Origin: Chloroflexota bacterium
GTDB taxonomy: Bacteria > Chloroflexota > Limnocylindria > Limnocylindrales > CSP1-4
Reading direction: 5' to 3'
Assembly: GCA_031407755.1 (NCBI GenBank)
Contig: JANOIS010000164.1
Span: 6,138-70,137, forward strand
Length of the DNA: 64,000 nucleotides
Part shown: positions 39,153 through 52,735 of the stretch, in pieces
Layout: each line of letters opens with the position of its first letter
How positions within the stretch are numbered: the first letter of the stretch is position 1
Made by a program: the position numbers and the translations under genes
The notes under the pieces: model-generated
Database searches by the model: none
Told to the model about the DNA's origin: nothing
Seen by the model: the letters and a program-made list of their open reading frames with translations, nothing else

Positions 39153-41021
39153 TTACCGGGCGGTGATCACCAGGTGCTGCTGATCCAGGTCGCTGCCGGT
39201 GACACTCGATCCGATCACGGCATCGAACGGCGTCAGGAACGGCTTGATCGATTCTTCGTACTCGGCGCGCTGCTCGGCCGTTGCCTCGGCGAGCAGGCCC
39301 TCGACGAGCTCGCGTACGGCGGTGATATCGAGAAACGTGATGCCGGTGTGCTCAGGACCGACGCGGCCCACGAGGTTCTGGAAGCGCTCGTCGTCGGCCA
39401 GGGACGCGCCGGCTCCGGCGTCGAGCACGTGCCGAACGAAGTCCGGGCTGCTGCCGATGACGACGACGCCATCGGTCGTGGCATAGGCGATCTCGACATT
39501 GCCCTCCGGCAGGCTGGTCCCGGGGTCGATCGGGACACCGCCCATGCCACCGGCCAGGGCTGCGAGGTCGGTCGCCGTCCCGAGGTCGAGGATGGTGATC
39601 GAGGTCCCGTTGTAGTCCTCGTCCCGGACATCGAAGCCGAGCTGTCCGCCACCGAGCTGAATGAAGCTGCGCAGCGTCGTCAGCAGCTGCTTGCCACCGG
39701 CCGCATCGGCCGGGATGGACACGAGGCCACCTTCGAGGGTGTCGCCGGTTCGCGCGATGACGATCCCGGTGTCGCCCATCCAGCCGAGGCTCGCGTCGAG
39801 TCCGCCGAGCATCCCGGCAGCCTGGTCGATGCCCGAGAAGACCTCGGCGAGGGTCGGGTCCCCCCGATACAGGGCGATGGTCTCGAGCAGGGTCGCACCG
39901 GCGTCGTTGCCGGCCGCGAGAACGATCGTGGATGGCGGCGCGTAGCCCGCGACCCCGTTGGCGTGATTGGTGGCGGGCCCGGGGGCGGCGTCGATGTGCG
40001 GTGCCATCGCGTCCATGACCAGGGCGTCGCCCTCGACGCGGAGGCGCATGGCCGTCCACTCGGGGATCAGGCCGAGCAGCGCGCTGTTGATCGGTGGGGC
40101 GCTGGCAAGGCCCTCGGTCATCGACATCGCGGCGTCGATGAGGGACTGCGTGTCCAGGAAGACGAAGCCGATATGGTCGCCGCTGGCGGCGGCCCTGGCC
40201 GCCGTGAAGGCCGCGTCGCCCGCGAGCCCGCCCGCGCCCTTGGTGTCGATGGCGGCCTTGACCGAGGTCAGATCGCCAGCGATGGCCACCTTGCCGCCGA
40301 CAAAGGCGAACGCGGCATCGGCCATGTTGCCGACTCGCTCCTGGTCGTCAAACACGATCAACTGAACGCCCTGGTAGTCCTGCGTCGAGGTGCTCGCACC
40401 CGTCTTTTCGATCACGCCACTGAACCACGTCCGGGCGAGGGCCTCGTCCTTGATGGAGAACAGCAGGAGGGCTCGCATATCCGCGGGCGCCGTGGCAGGG
40501 TCACCGGATGTCGGGAGTGCCCCGACCGAGAACGCCATCTCCCCGCCGAACCACGGCTTGATGTCCCGGCTGTACGTCTGCTCGCCATCGGTGCCGTCCG
40601 ACACGAGCCGATCGAGGACCTCGTCGAGCTTTGTGTCGAGGGCGGCCTGGTCGGCGAAGCCCGGGAACCTGGCGAGGAACGCACCGACCTTCTGGCGCTG
40701 GTCGCCCGGCAGGTCCAGTCGGACCTCGCCGTACATCACGCTGTCCGCCGGCACGTAGCCGAGGACGGTGGCGGCCGGTGACGAGCCGGTGAGCATCAGT
40801 GTGGCGATGGCCGACGCGCCGACCACGAGAGCCACGATGCCCGCGGCCGCGAACCAGCGCACGCGGTTGCGTCGCGGCGCGGGGGCGATGGTGGCCGGCA
40901 CGCCGTCAGCCGGCGGGGCGCCGATCGGGGTCGTGGCGATCGGAGTCGCGGTCGTATCGGTGTCGATGGTGGGATCTGCGCCCCTGGCTGGATCGTGGTT
41001 GGTTCGATCGAAACCGGTCAT
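39153..41021 (-). CDS. Membrane-anchored hypothetical protein (DUF3352-like)
   Basis: This 622-aa ORF has coding-like composition, a single N-terminal TM helix ([22 protein letters not shown]), then [35 protein letters not shown]. The family assignment is from memory, with no catalytic motif. Confidence 0.6.
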   Translation of the reverse strand: MTGFDRTNHDPARGADPTIDTDTTATPIATTPIGAPPADGVPATIAPAPRRNRVRWFAAAGIVALVVGASAIATLMLTGSSPAATVLGYVPADSVMYGEVRLDLPGDQRQKVGAFLARFPGFADQAALDTKLDEVLDRLVSDGTDGEQTYSRDIKPWFGGEMAFSVGALPTSGDPATAPADMRALLLFSIKDEALARTWFSGVIEKTGASTSTQDYQGVQLIVFDDQERVGNMADAAFAFVGGKVAIAGDLTSVKAAIDTKGAGGLAGDAAFTAARAAASGDHIGFVFLDTQSLIDAAMSMTEGLASAPPINSALLGLIPEWTAMRLRVEGDALVMDAMAPHIDAAPGPATNHANGVAGYAPPSTIVLAAGNDAGATLLETIALYRGDPTLAEVFSGIDQAAGMLGGLDASLGWMGDTGIVIARTGDTLEGGLVSIPADAAGGKQLLTTLRSFIQLGGGQLGFDVRDEDYNGTSITILDLGTATDLAALAGGMGGVPIDPGTSLPEGNVEIAYATTDGVVVIGSSPDFVRHVLDAGAGASLADDERFQNLVGRVGPEHTGITFLDITAVRELVEGLLAEATAEQRAEYEESIKPFLTPFDAVIGSSVTGSDLDQQHLVITAR

Positions 41022-41041
41022 GAGATGTCTCCTTTCGGCGC

Positions 41042-42376
41042 CTAGCGCCGACCCCCCATGAGGCTGCCCAGCGCGCCGTGCCGGCCACCCCCGGAAAGCT
41101 GCTTCATGAGTTTCTGCATGTCATTGAACTGCTTGACCAGCCGGTTGACCTCCGGCAGGTTGGTGCCCGAGCCTGCCGCGATGCGACGTCGGCGCGAGCC
41201 GTTGAGGAGGGCCGGTTCACGGCGCTCAGCCGGGGTCATCGCCCGGATGATCGCCTCGGTCCGCTTGAGGTCGCCGCGGTCCACGGCAGCCTGGGCTTCC
41301 CCGGCCAGGTTGCCCATGCCCGGGATCATCGACATGATCTGGCCGATCGGGCCCATCTTCTGGACCTGCTGGAGCTGCTCGAGCATGTCCTCCAGGGTGA
41401 AGCTTGCCTTGCGAAGCTTCTCCTCCATCTTCTGGGCCTGGTTGACATCGAACGTCTCCTGGGCCCGTTCGACGAGGGTCAGGATGTCGCCCATGCCCAG
41501 GATCCGGCCGGCGAGCCTGTCCGGGTGGAAGACCTCCAGGGCGTCCGTCTTCTCGCCGGTGCCCAGGAACTTGACCGGGATCCCAGTCACGGCCGAGATG
41601 CTCAGCGCCGCGCCGCCACGGGCGTCCCCATCGATCTTGGTCAGGATGAGGCCGGTGACCGGAACGGCAGCGGCGAACGCCTGGGCGACCCCGACGGCTT
41701 CCTGACCGGTCATCGCGTCCACCACGAGCAGCGTCTCGATCGGCCTGACCGCCGCGTTGACCTCGGCGATCTCGGCCATCAGCGCCTCATCGAGGCTGAG
41801 GCGACCGGCCGTGTCGAGGATCACGACGTCGCGGACCTGGCGCCTGGCGGCCTCGATGCCCTGGCGGGCGATGTCCGGCACGCTGGTTCCCGGAGGGGCG
41901 CGAAAGACCGGGATGTCGAGCTGACGGCCTAGCGTCTCGAGCTGGTCGGCGGCGGCCGGACGGTACGGGTCCGCCGCGACGAGGAGGGGCCGACGGCCCT
42001 GTTTGACGATGTGGCGGGCAAGCTTGGCCGTGCTCGTGGTCTTGCCGGAGCCCTGAAGACCGACCATGGCGACGACCGCCGGGTTGCCGCTCAGGTGGAA
42101 GACGCGATCGCCCGTGCCGAGCAGGTCGACCAGTTCGTCGTGGACGATCTTCACGACGGCCTGGCCCGCAGTCAGGCTGCCGAGGATGTCCTGACCGAGG
42201 GCTCGTTCGCGGACACGACCGACGAAATCCTTGACCACCTTGAAGTTGACGTCCGCCTCGAGGAGGGCGAGCCGCACGTCGCGCATCGCCGCATCGACGT
42301 CGGCCTCGCTGATCCGGCCGCGGCCGGTCAGACTGCCGAGGGTCGCTCGCAGACGCTCGCTGAGGGTATCGAACAT
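41042..42376 (-). CDS. ffh: Signal recognition particle protein Ffh
   Basis: The product starts MFDTLSERLRATLGSLTGRG and contains GLQGSGKTTSTAKLA, DTAGRL and a Met-rich M domain. ATG 42376 is preceded by AGGAG. The track ORF is over-extended. Confidence 0.95.
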   Translation of the reverse strand: MFDTLSERLRATLGSLTGRGRISEADVDAAMRDVRLALLEADVNFKVVKDFVGRVRERALGQDILGSLTAGQAVVKIVHDELVDLLGTGDRVFHLSGNPAVVAMVGLQGSGKTTSTAKLARHIVKQGRRPLLVAADPYRPAAADQLETLGRQLDIPVFRAPPGTSVPDIARQGIEAARRQVRDVVILDTAGRLSLDEALMAEIAEVNAAVRPIETLLVVDAMTGQEAVGVAQAFAAAVPVTGLILTKIDGDARGGAALSISAVTGIPVKFLGTGEKTDALEVFHPDRLAGRILGMGDILTLVERAQETFDVNQAQKMEEKLRKASFTLEDMLEQLQQVQKMGPIGQIMSMIPGMGNLAGEAQAAVDRGDLKRTEAIIRAMTPAERREPALLNGSRRRRIAAGSGTNLPEVNRLVKQFNDMQKLMKQLSGGGRHGALGSLMGGRR

Positions 42377-42568
42377 GGTCCGGTCAGGACTCCTGCCTGG
42401 GCGGTGGACCGGCGGGTCGTGGCGCGTGCGCCGTGACGGGTACCGGGTGGTGCGCGGGTTCTGACGCACCGAGGTGGGCGCATTGTAGCGCAGGGTCACG
42501 CGGATGCCCCCTCCGACGATGGTCCGGGTTCCGAAGCGGACGATGTCGCGGGCCTATGCTGCGCCATC

Positions 42569-43879
42569 GTGCGCAACCCATTCGCTTCCCCGCTCTGGAG
42601 CAACCAGGCGTTCGTGCGCGTGTGGGCCGCGGCGTCCATCTCGATCTTCGGCTCGCTCATCACGCGGATCGCGCTACCCCTCCTGGCGATCCTGACCCTC
42701 GGCGCTGGCCCGATCGAAGTCGCCGTGCTTCGCGGTGTGGATCTCGGCGCGACCCTCCTCGTCGGGCTGGTCGCAGGAGCCTGGGTGGATCGACTGCGGC
42801 GCCGACCCGTGCTCATCTGGTCAGACCTCGGACGGGCTGTGCTGCTCGGGTCGATCCCCGTGGCCTTCGTCCTCGGGCTCCTCAGCTTCTGGCTGCTCCT
42901 GGTGGTGGGGGCGCTGACCGCCATCCTCACCGCGTTCTTTGACGCCGCCGACAACGCCTACCTGCCCAGCATCGTGGAACGGGATCGACTGGTCGAGGCG
43001 AACGGTGCCCTCGCCGCGAGCGGCTCCGTGGCCGAGTTCGTCGGGTTCGGGGTCAGCGGGATCCTGGTCCAGGTGCTGACCGCCCCGCTGACGATCCTGA
43101 TCGACGCCGTGACCTACCTCATCTCGGCGGTCCTCCTCCTCACCGTTCGGCACGAGGAGGTTCCGCCGCCGCCACGCGAGGATCGCGAGCCGGTCCTCGA
43201 CGAGATCCGCCACGGCCTCCGCCTGGTTCGGCATGACCCCGTCCTTCGAGCGTTCGCCGTCGCATCGATGCTGTTGGCGGGTCTGTGGGGCATCTTCGGC
43301 GCGACCTTCTTCCTGTTCTCCCTCGAGGTGCTCGGGCTCAGTCCAGCCCTGGTCGGGATCGTGGCTGCGGTCGGCGGGGCGTCCTCGTTCATCGGTGCCA
43401 TCGTGGCCACCCGCGCCACCACGCGCTGGGGGATCGGGAAGGTGGCGATCGCCGCGATGCTGTTGTCAGCCATCGGCAACCTGTTCATCCCCCTGGCGCC
43501 GGCCGGGCTGCCGCTCATCGCCTTGGCCTGCCTTGTCGCGCAGCAGCTGATCGCCGATTCCGCCGTCACGGTGTATGACATCACCGAGGTCACCGTCCGC
43601 CAGACTCTCGTCCGCGACCGGAAACTGGGACGGGTCGCCGCCACGTTCTCTGTCCTGGCCGTGGCCGCGCAGCTCGTCGCGACCATCGGCGCTGGCCTGC
43701 TGGCCGAGGTCATCGGGTTGCGGGCAACCGCATTCCTGGCCCCGATCGGCGGTCTTCTCGCCGCCGCCGTTCTGTGGTGGTCGCCCGTCCGCTTTCTTCG
43801 CGACCTGCCGAGCCACGACACGCGCAGCCTGGCCGAGGTGGTCGCGGACGTCGAGCGCGATCAGCCCGTCGGTGCATAG
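42569..43879 (+). CDS. MFS transporter (EntS/DUF894-like)
   Basis: The product has about 12 predicted TM segments and starts NQAFVRVWAAASISIFGSLITRIALPLLAI...GAWVDRLRRRPVLIWSD. Confidence 0.85.
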   Translation: MRNPFASPLWSNQAFVRVWAAASISIFGSLITRIALPLLAILTLGAGPIEVAVLRGVDLGATLLVGLVAGAWVDRLRRRPVLIWSDLGRAVLLGSIPVAFVLGLLSFWLLLVVGALTAILTAFFDAADNAYLPSIVERDRLVEANGALAASGSVAEFVGFGVSGILVQVLTAPLTILIDAVTYLISAVLLLTVRHEEVPPPPREDREPVLDEIRHGLRLVRHDPVLRAFAVASMLLAGLWGIFGATFFLFSLEVLGLSPALVGIVAAVGGASSFIGAIVATRATTRWGIGKVAIAAMLLSAIGNLFIPLAPAGLPLIALACLVAQQLIADSAVTVYDITEVTVRQTLVRDRKLGRVAATFSVLAVAAQLVATIGAGLLAEVIGLRATAFLAPIGGLLAAAVLWWSPVRFLRDLPSHDTRSLAEVVADVERDQPVGA

Positions 43880-43885
43880 CTCAGG

Positions 43886-44988
43886 TCAGGCGAACAACGC
43901 CTCGACGAAGGCATCCGGGTCGAAGACAAGGAGGTCGGCGACCCCCTCCCCTACCCCGACGAAGCGGACAGGGATCTTGAGCGCGTCCTCGATGGCGAAG
44001 ACGATGCCGCCCTTGGCGGTCGAATCGAGCTTGGTCAGCACGATGCCGGTCAGCCCGACGGCCTCGTGGAACGCCTTGGCCTGCGCGAGCCCGTTCTGAC
44101 CCGTGGTGGCGTCGAGAACGAACAGGGTTTCGGGCCGCGCGTCGGGCAGCCGTTTGTCGATGATCCTGCGCACCTTTGACAGCTCGTCCATGAGGTTCGA
44201 TTTCGTGTGCAATCGACCGGCCGTGTCGGCGATAACGAGGTCCGCGCCACGGGCCACGGCGGCGTCCAGGGCGTCGTACACGACGGCACCCGGATCGGCG
44301 CCGGGGGCGTGCGCGACCATCGCGACGCCCGATCGATCCGCCCAGATCCGGAGCTGATCGATGGCAGCGGCCCGGAATGTGTCCGCGGCGGCGAGGATCA
44401 GGCTCCGGCCCTCACCGGCGTAGCGTGCGGCGAGCTTGCCGATGGTCGTCGTCTTGCCCGTGCCGTTGACCCCGACGACAAGCACGACGGCCGGGCCGCC
44501 ATCGACCGCGGAGCGCGGCTCCCAGTCGAGGTCGCGCTTGACGAGCAGGGCTGTGAGCTCCGCTCGGATGGCGGCCTCTGGGCTGCCTCCCTCGCGCCGG
44601 CGCCGAGCCCGATCGACCAGCTCGATGGCCAGGGCGGCTCCCACGTCGCCCATGATGAGCGTTTCCTCGACCTCGTCCCACATCGGGCCGTCGGCGCTGC
44701 CGAGGTACTCGCGGAGCTGGATCATGAACCCGCCGCGCGTCTTCTCGAGCCCGTCGTCGAGCGTGTGCGCGGGGGCGACCGCCAGGAACGCGGTCGGGTC
44801 GAAGGGGGCCAACGTCGGCGTGGGCGGCACGGCCGTGGCGGGAGCCCGTCCTCCGCCCGCATCGAAACCTTCGATTTCGAAGCTTTCCGGCGGCGGGGAG
44901 CCGGACGGCGCCGCTGGGATCGGCGGCAGGGGCGGCCGCACCGGAGCAGTCGGCGGTGCGTCGTCGCGTTTGCGGCGCCAGAAGGGCA

Positions 44989-44989
<1 letters not shown>
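43886..44989 (-). CDS. ftsY: Signal recognition particle receptor FtsY
   Basis: The product has VGVNGTGKTTTIGKLA, DTAGRLHTK and TKLDSTAKGG. Confidence 0.95.
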
Positions 44990-48665
<3,676 letters not shown>

Positions 48666-48669
<4 letters not shown>

Positions 48670-49373
48670 GGCGCCGACGCTCGCTCGGCTCGGATCCGCT
48701 CCACCGCCTGGCCCGCGGCCGCCGTCTCGGCGACCCGGCGCGATGCCCCCTCTCCAACACCCATCATCTCGCCGTCCACCCAGACTTCGATCCGAAACGA
48801 TCTCTCGTGATCCGGACCGGAGGCATCGAGCAGACGATACGACGGTCGGTCGCCGGATCGGCGCTGGGTGTACTCCTGCAGACGCGACTTGGGACTCTTG
48901 AGTGACAGGACCGGCGCCTCCAGCATCAGCTCCGGCCCGGACAGCTCCACCAGCCACGCCCGCACGGCGTCGTAGCCGAGGTCCAGGTACAGGACGCCGG
49001 CCAGCGCCTCGAACGATGACGCGAGGAGGGACGGCCGGCGCCGACCGCTGCGGCGCGATTCCCCCTCGCCGAGCATGAGGTCTGCGCCGAGCTGGATACG
49101 GCCGGCCAGCCGGGCCAGTCCGGTCGTCGAGACGATCGCCGCCCGGCGTGCCGACAGGGCGCCTTCGTCCTCGCCGGGGTGGCGCTCGTACAGCGCCTCG
49201 GAGATGGCGAGATTCACGACGGCGTCGCCGAGGAACTCCAGGCGCTCGTTATGCCCACGCGCGGCGTCAGGATGCTCATGGAACCAGCTGGAGTGGATGA
49301 GGCCCTGCTCCAGCAGGTCGAGGTCCCGGACCGGAAGGCCCAGTCGATCCGCGACCGCCCGGCCGGGTCGCAC
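48666..49373 (-). CDS. rnc: Ribonuclease III
   Basis: The product has the NERLEFLGDAV signature and a C-terminal dsRBD (PKSRLQEYTQ...GEGASRRVAETAAA). Confidence 0.95.
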
Positions 49374-49396
49374 CGCCGCCGCGGCCGAAGTCGGGG

Positions 49397-49633
49397 TTAG
49401 GTGGACTTCTCGTCGATGAAGTCGACGGCGTCCTGGACCGTGCGGATCTTTTCCGCGTCCTCGTCCGAGATCTCCGTACCGAACTCCTCCTCGAGGCTCA
49501 TGATCAATTCGACGTGATCGAGTGTGTCGGCGTTGAGGTCGTCGACGAACGACGCCTCCGGCTTGACTTCATCCTCGTCTGCGCCGAGCTGCTCGACGAC
49601 GATCTTCTTGAGCCGGTCGTACGTTGTGGCCAC
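49397..49633 (-). CDS. acpP: Acyl carrier protein homolog with Thr at the phosphopantetheine-attachment position
   Basis: The product is [73 protein letters not shown]. It aligns residue for residue with E. coli ACP, except that DSL becomes DTL. The GTG start is preceded by GGAGGGAG. Confidence 0.9.
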   Translation of the reverse strand: MATTYDRLKKIVVEQLGADEDEVKPEASFVDDLNADTLDHVELIMSLEEEFGTEISDEDAEKIRTVQDAVDFIDEKST

Positions 49634-50066
49634 TGACTCCCTCCTCGGAGTTGGGTGCTGGGGCGATGGTCCCAAGGACGCCGTTCATGAGGCGTCGCAT
49701 CGGGTCTCCACTGTAGGTTCGTGCCAGCTCGACCCACTCGGCGATGGCCACCCGGGCCGGCGTGGCGGAGTGTAGCACCTCGCCGAAGGCCGTTCGGAGT
49801 AAAGCGCGATCCATCCGGGCAAGTCCGGTCACCGGGTACTGCGGCGCGACGACACTGATCCGCGCATCGATGGCGTCGCGATGGCGGACGACGGCTGCGA
49901 CGAGCTCGCGCGCCAGGATTGCGGCGGTCTCGTCGCGCTCCGATTCGGCCAGGTGGCGTTCCAGGACGGCCTCCGGCGTCCGCTGCCCGAAGTCCGCCTC
50001 GAAGACGGCGGCCAGCGCGAGTCGACGTCCCGTCCGCCGCCCGCGCTGGCGGTCAGCCTCCGACAC
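49569..50066 (-). CDS. nusB: Transcription antitermination factor NusB (start uncertain)
   Basis: The product has [15 protein letters not shown] and [15 protein letters not shown]...RLMNGVLG. The 3' end overlaps acpP by 65 nt. A GTG start at 50066 is proposed. Confidence 0.8.
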   Translation of the reverse strand: MSEADRQRGRRTGRRLALAAVFEADFGQRTPEAVLERHLAESERDETAAILARELVAAVVRHRDAIDARISVVAPQYPVTGLARMDRALLRTAFGEVLHSATPARVAIAEWVELARTYSGDPMRRLMNGVLGTIAPAPNSEEGVSGHNVRPAQEDRRRAARRRRG

Positions 50067-50367
50067 CGTCCACGACGACCGTGACGGCGCCGAGATCGAG
50101 TCCGAGCAGCCGCTCGACGGTCGCACCGACCGCGCTTCGAACGCCGGCAGTCAATGGGCCAAGCGCATGTCCGGGCCGGGCGACGATGCGGAGTCGAACC
50201 AGGACCCGTTCGTCGGTCACCCGTACGCGGACGGCCGGGCCGGCCAGCCAGCTCCGCCATAGCGGTCCGCCGTGACCGACTCGCGCGACGCCCGGGATCT
50301 CCATCGCCGCCAGGCGAACGAGTTGCTCGATGACGCCCTTGCCGACGGTCAGTTCAGGCCCGGTCAT
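50053..50367 (-). CDS. Asp23/Gls24 family envelope stress protein
   Basis: The product starts MTGPELTVGKGVIEQLVRLAAMEIPGVARV and is 104 aa. ATG 50367 overlaps the plsX TGA. Confidence 0.8.
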   Translation of the reverse strand: MTGPELTVGKGVIEQLVRLAAMEIPGVARVGHGGPLWRSWLAGPAVRVRVTDERVLVRLRIVARPGHALGPLTAGVRSAVGATVERLLGLDLGAVTVVVDGVGG

Positions 50368-51416
50368 CGAGCGACCTCCTCGGGTCTTGCGACGGCGCGA
50401 TCGGCCGCCAGGGCTTCGGCGATGAGGTTCGGGACGCGCGCGCGAGCCGTCCTCGCCGCAACCTCGCAGGCGAACCCGATCATCCGCCGGCTGGCACTGC
50501 CGTGGGTGATGATGACCGTCCCCTGCACGCCGAGCAATGGCGAACCACCCTGGGTCTCGTAGTCGAACACCGCCCGGATCCGCCTGATCCCGGGCCGCAT
50601 CAGGAGATATGCCAGCCGACCGCGGAGGGAGCCACGGAACTCCGCGCGCCACAGGTCGAAGATGAAGGTCGAGAGGCCCTCATAGAACTTGATCACGACG
50701 TTCCCGGCGACCGCGTCCGTGACCACGACATCGGCCAGGTGCTTCGGGAGGTCGCGACCCTCGACGTTGCCGATGAAGTTCAGGCTGGTCGCATCGAGCA
50801 GTTCCGTCGCGCGCTGGATCCGGGCGTCGCCCTTGCCCTTTTCTTCGCCGATGGACAGGAGCGCGACGCGCGGGTTGGCGACGCCCAGGACCTGTTCGGC
50901 GAAGATGGCGCCCATCCGGGCGTACTGCGCGAGATGTTCGGGTGTGGAATCGGGGTTGGCGCCGATATCGATCAGGACCATCGGCCCCGAATCGGTGGTC
51001 ATCTGGACCGCCAGGGCGGGTCGATCGATGCCGGGCAGGGTGCCCAGGATGAGCTTGCCGGCGGCCATCCCGGCGCCCGTGTGGCCGGCGGTCACGACGG
51101 CGTCCGCCTCGCCCGACTTGACGAGCTCGGTGGCGACGACGATCGAGCTGTCCTTCTTGCGGACCAGGGCCCGGGCGGGGTGTTCGTGCATCTCGACGAC
51201 GGAACCGGCATGGACGATCCGGACGTTGGGCGGCAAGGCCCCGGCGATGCGGGCCACGGCCGTCGTGTCACCGACGAGGATCAGCTCATCGGCCGGGTGC
51301 GCGCGGGCGTGAGCGAGGACACCCGGGACGATCTCGGCAGGTCCGTAGTCGCCGCCCATCGCATCGAACGCGACGCGCACGCCTCGAAGGTCGCCGGTCG
51401 CGGCCTCGGACGCCAT
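50364..51416 (-). CDS. plsX: Phosphate acyltransferase PlsX
   Basis: The product has VAFDAMGGDYGPAEIV, VTAGHTGA, GANPD, LLSIGEEKGKG and FIGNVEGRD. ATG 51416 was chosen; the track ORF is over-extended. Confidence 0.93.
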   Translation of the reverse strand: MASEAATGDLRGVRVAFDAMGGDYGPAEIVPGVLAHARAHPADELILVGDTTAVARIAGALPPNVRIVHAGSVVEMHEHPARALVRKKDSSIVVATELVKSGEADAVVTAGHTGAGMAAGKLILGTLPGIDRPALAVQMTTDSGPMVLIDIGANPDSTPEHLAQYARMGAIFAEQVLGVANPRVALLSIGEEKGKGDARIQRATELLDATSLNFIGNVEGRDLPKHLADVVVTDAVAGNVVIKFYEGLSTFIFDLWRAEFRGSLRGRLAYLLMRPGIRRIRAVFDYETQGGSPLLGVQGTVIITHGSASRRMIGFACEVAARTARARVPNLIAEALAADRAVARPEEVAR

Positions 51417-51438
51417 GGACCGAGGCGGCGTCACGACG

Positions 51439-51648
51439 TCAGCGGGCGGGTTCGTCGGTGTTGGCGCGGGCCGCCTTGGGCTCGACCGCGAGACGGCCCT
51501 GATACCAGCCGCAGTTGGGGCAGACGCGGTGGGGCAGCTTCTTCTCGTGGCAATGCGGGCACTCGTCGAGCTTGGGCAGATCGATCGCGAGGTGCGACCG
51601 ACGCTCGCCCTGGCGGGCGTGCGAGACGCGTCGCTTGGGTACACCCAT
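51439..51648 (-). CDS. rpmF: 50S ribosomal protein L32 (Cys4 zinc-ribbon type)
   Basis: The product starts MGVPKRRVSHARQGERRSH and contains CPHCHEKKLPHRVCPNCG. It is 69 aa. Confidence 0.93.
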   Translation of the reverse strand: MGVPKRRVSHARQGERRSHLAIDLPKLDECPHCHEKKLPHRVCPNCGWYQGRLAVEPKAARANTDEPAR

Positions 51649-51904
51649 CGGTGTCGGGCTCCTTGTATCGTGTCGTGGGGCGGGCCGCGCAGCCGGATGG
51701 CGCACGAGAATTGGCGCGTCGGCCGCACCGACCGCGGAGTCTACCGCGAATCGACCGGTCTGGCGCGTCCGGAACGGAACCTCGTTGGGTCCAGGGACCG
51801 CACGCCGAGGATCGGGCGCCCTGTCCAGTCGATCTCGCAGACCCGGTGACCGCTCGGATCGATGAGCGTGGCCGGGTGGGCGTGGGCCCCGGTGGACGGT
51901 CCGC

Positions 51905-52080
51905 ACTCCGCCAAATGGTGCTAGCCAGCATCACTCGGCGCTGTGGGAGGTCGATTGACAGGTCGATCCGCCGCAAACTGTGCCGCTCTGAGCGTGACCC
52001 GAGCGGATCTGGCCCGCGCTATTGCAGTCGAACGCCCGGCAGGCCGCCGAGTGATGCTGGCGATGCGCATTTGGCGGAGT
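51905..52080. repeat. Imperfect 36-bp inverted repeat flanking a 104-bp loop in the yceD-rpmF spacer
   Basis: Arm 51905-51940 matches the reverse complement of arm 52045-52080 at 30 of 36 positions, with a 6-nt central mismatch block. The loop contains the hairpin CCGCTC-N12-GAGCGG. Confidence 0.8.
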
Positions 52081-52174
52081 CGGCTCGCGGGCCCAGGCGG
52101 CTCGCGGGCCCTCGCGGGCCTGGCGGAGGCGGCTCGCGGGCCCTGGCGGAGGCGGGCGCGCTCCTGCCCAGACG

Positions 52175-52726
52175 TCAGTCGACCGGTGTGAACCCGCGCA
52201 GCGCCTCGAGGCGTGGGTCGATGTCATCGACCGGGTGGTCGTGGATGCCCTCATCGAGCGGTTCACCACAGACCATGCACAGGCCGGGGCAATCGGGGCG
52301 ATCGAGCGGCGCGAACGGCTCGGCCAGGGAGATGGCGTCGCGGACGGATGGCTCGAGGTCGAGCTCGTGGTGATCGGTCAGGCGTTGGGCATCCGGCTCA
52401 TCATCGGCGGCGATCGGCTTGCCAGTCGCGAGGTCAAGCGAGGGCAGGTGTTCCTCGTCGAGGACGATATCGATGGGAGTCGTGAGCGGCCGCAGGCAGC
52501 GGCTGCACTCGCCGGCGAGGGTCGTGGTCAGACGGGCGTCGGCGAAGATACCGCGATTGGTCCGGGTCAGGCGCACCCGGCCGGCGATCGGGGTGGCGAG
52601 TACCAGCTCGTCCGGCAGCGCCATCCGGGCATCGACGATGTCGAACGACCGATCCGCCCCGATCCGATCGCCAAGCAGACCACTGACGTTCCAGATGAGC
52701 GGCCCGTCGGCCGGACGAGCGCACAT
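52175..52726 (-). CDS. yceD: YceD/DUF177 family protein
   Basis: The product has the Cys pairs CSRC...CPGLCMVCG, is acidic, and sits upstream of rpmF as is typical. Confidence 0.85.
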   Translation of the reverse strand: MCARPADGPLIWNVSGLLGDRIGADRSFDIVDARMALPDELVLATPIAGRVRLTRTNRGIFADARLTTTLAGECSRCLRPLTTPIDIVLDEEHLPSLDLATGKPIAADDEPDAQRLTDHHELDLEPSVRDAISLAEPFAPLDRPDCPGLCMVCGEPLDEGIHDHPVDDIDPRLEALRGFTPVD

Positions 52727-52735
52727 GACCCGCGG

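Noticed and set aside
50181-50200. A tRNA-like T-arm word (GGTTCGACTCC on the minus strand).
   Set aside because: It lies inside the Asp23-family coding sequence, where it encodes ...ERVLVRLRIV.... There is no acceptor or anticodon stem context. I found no other tRNA-like signatures in the window.
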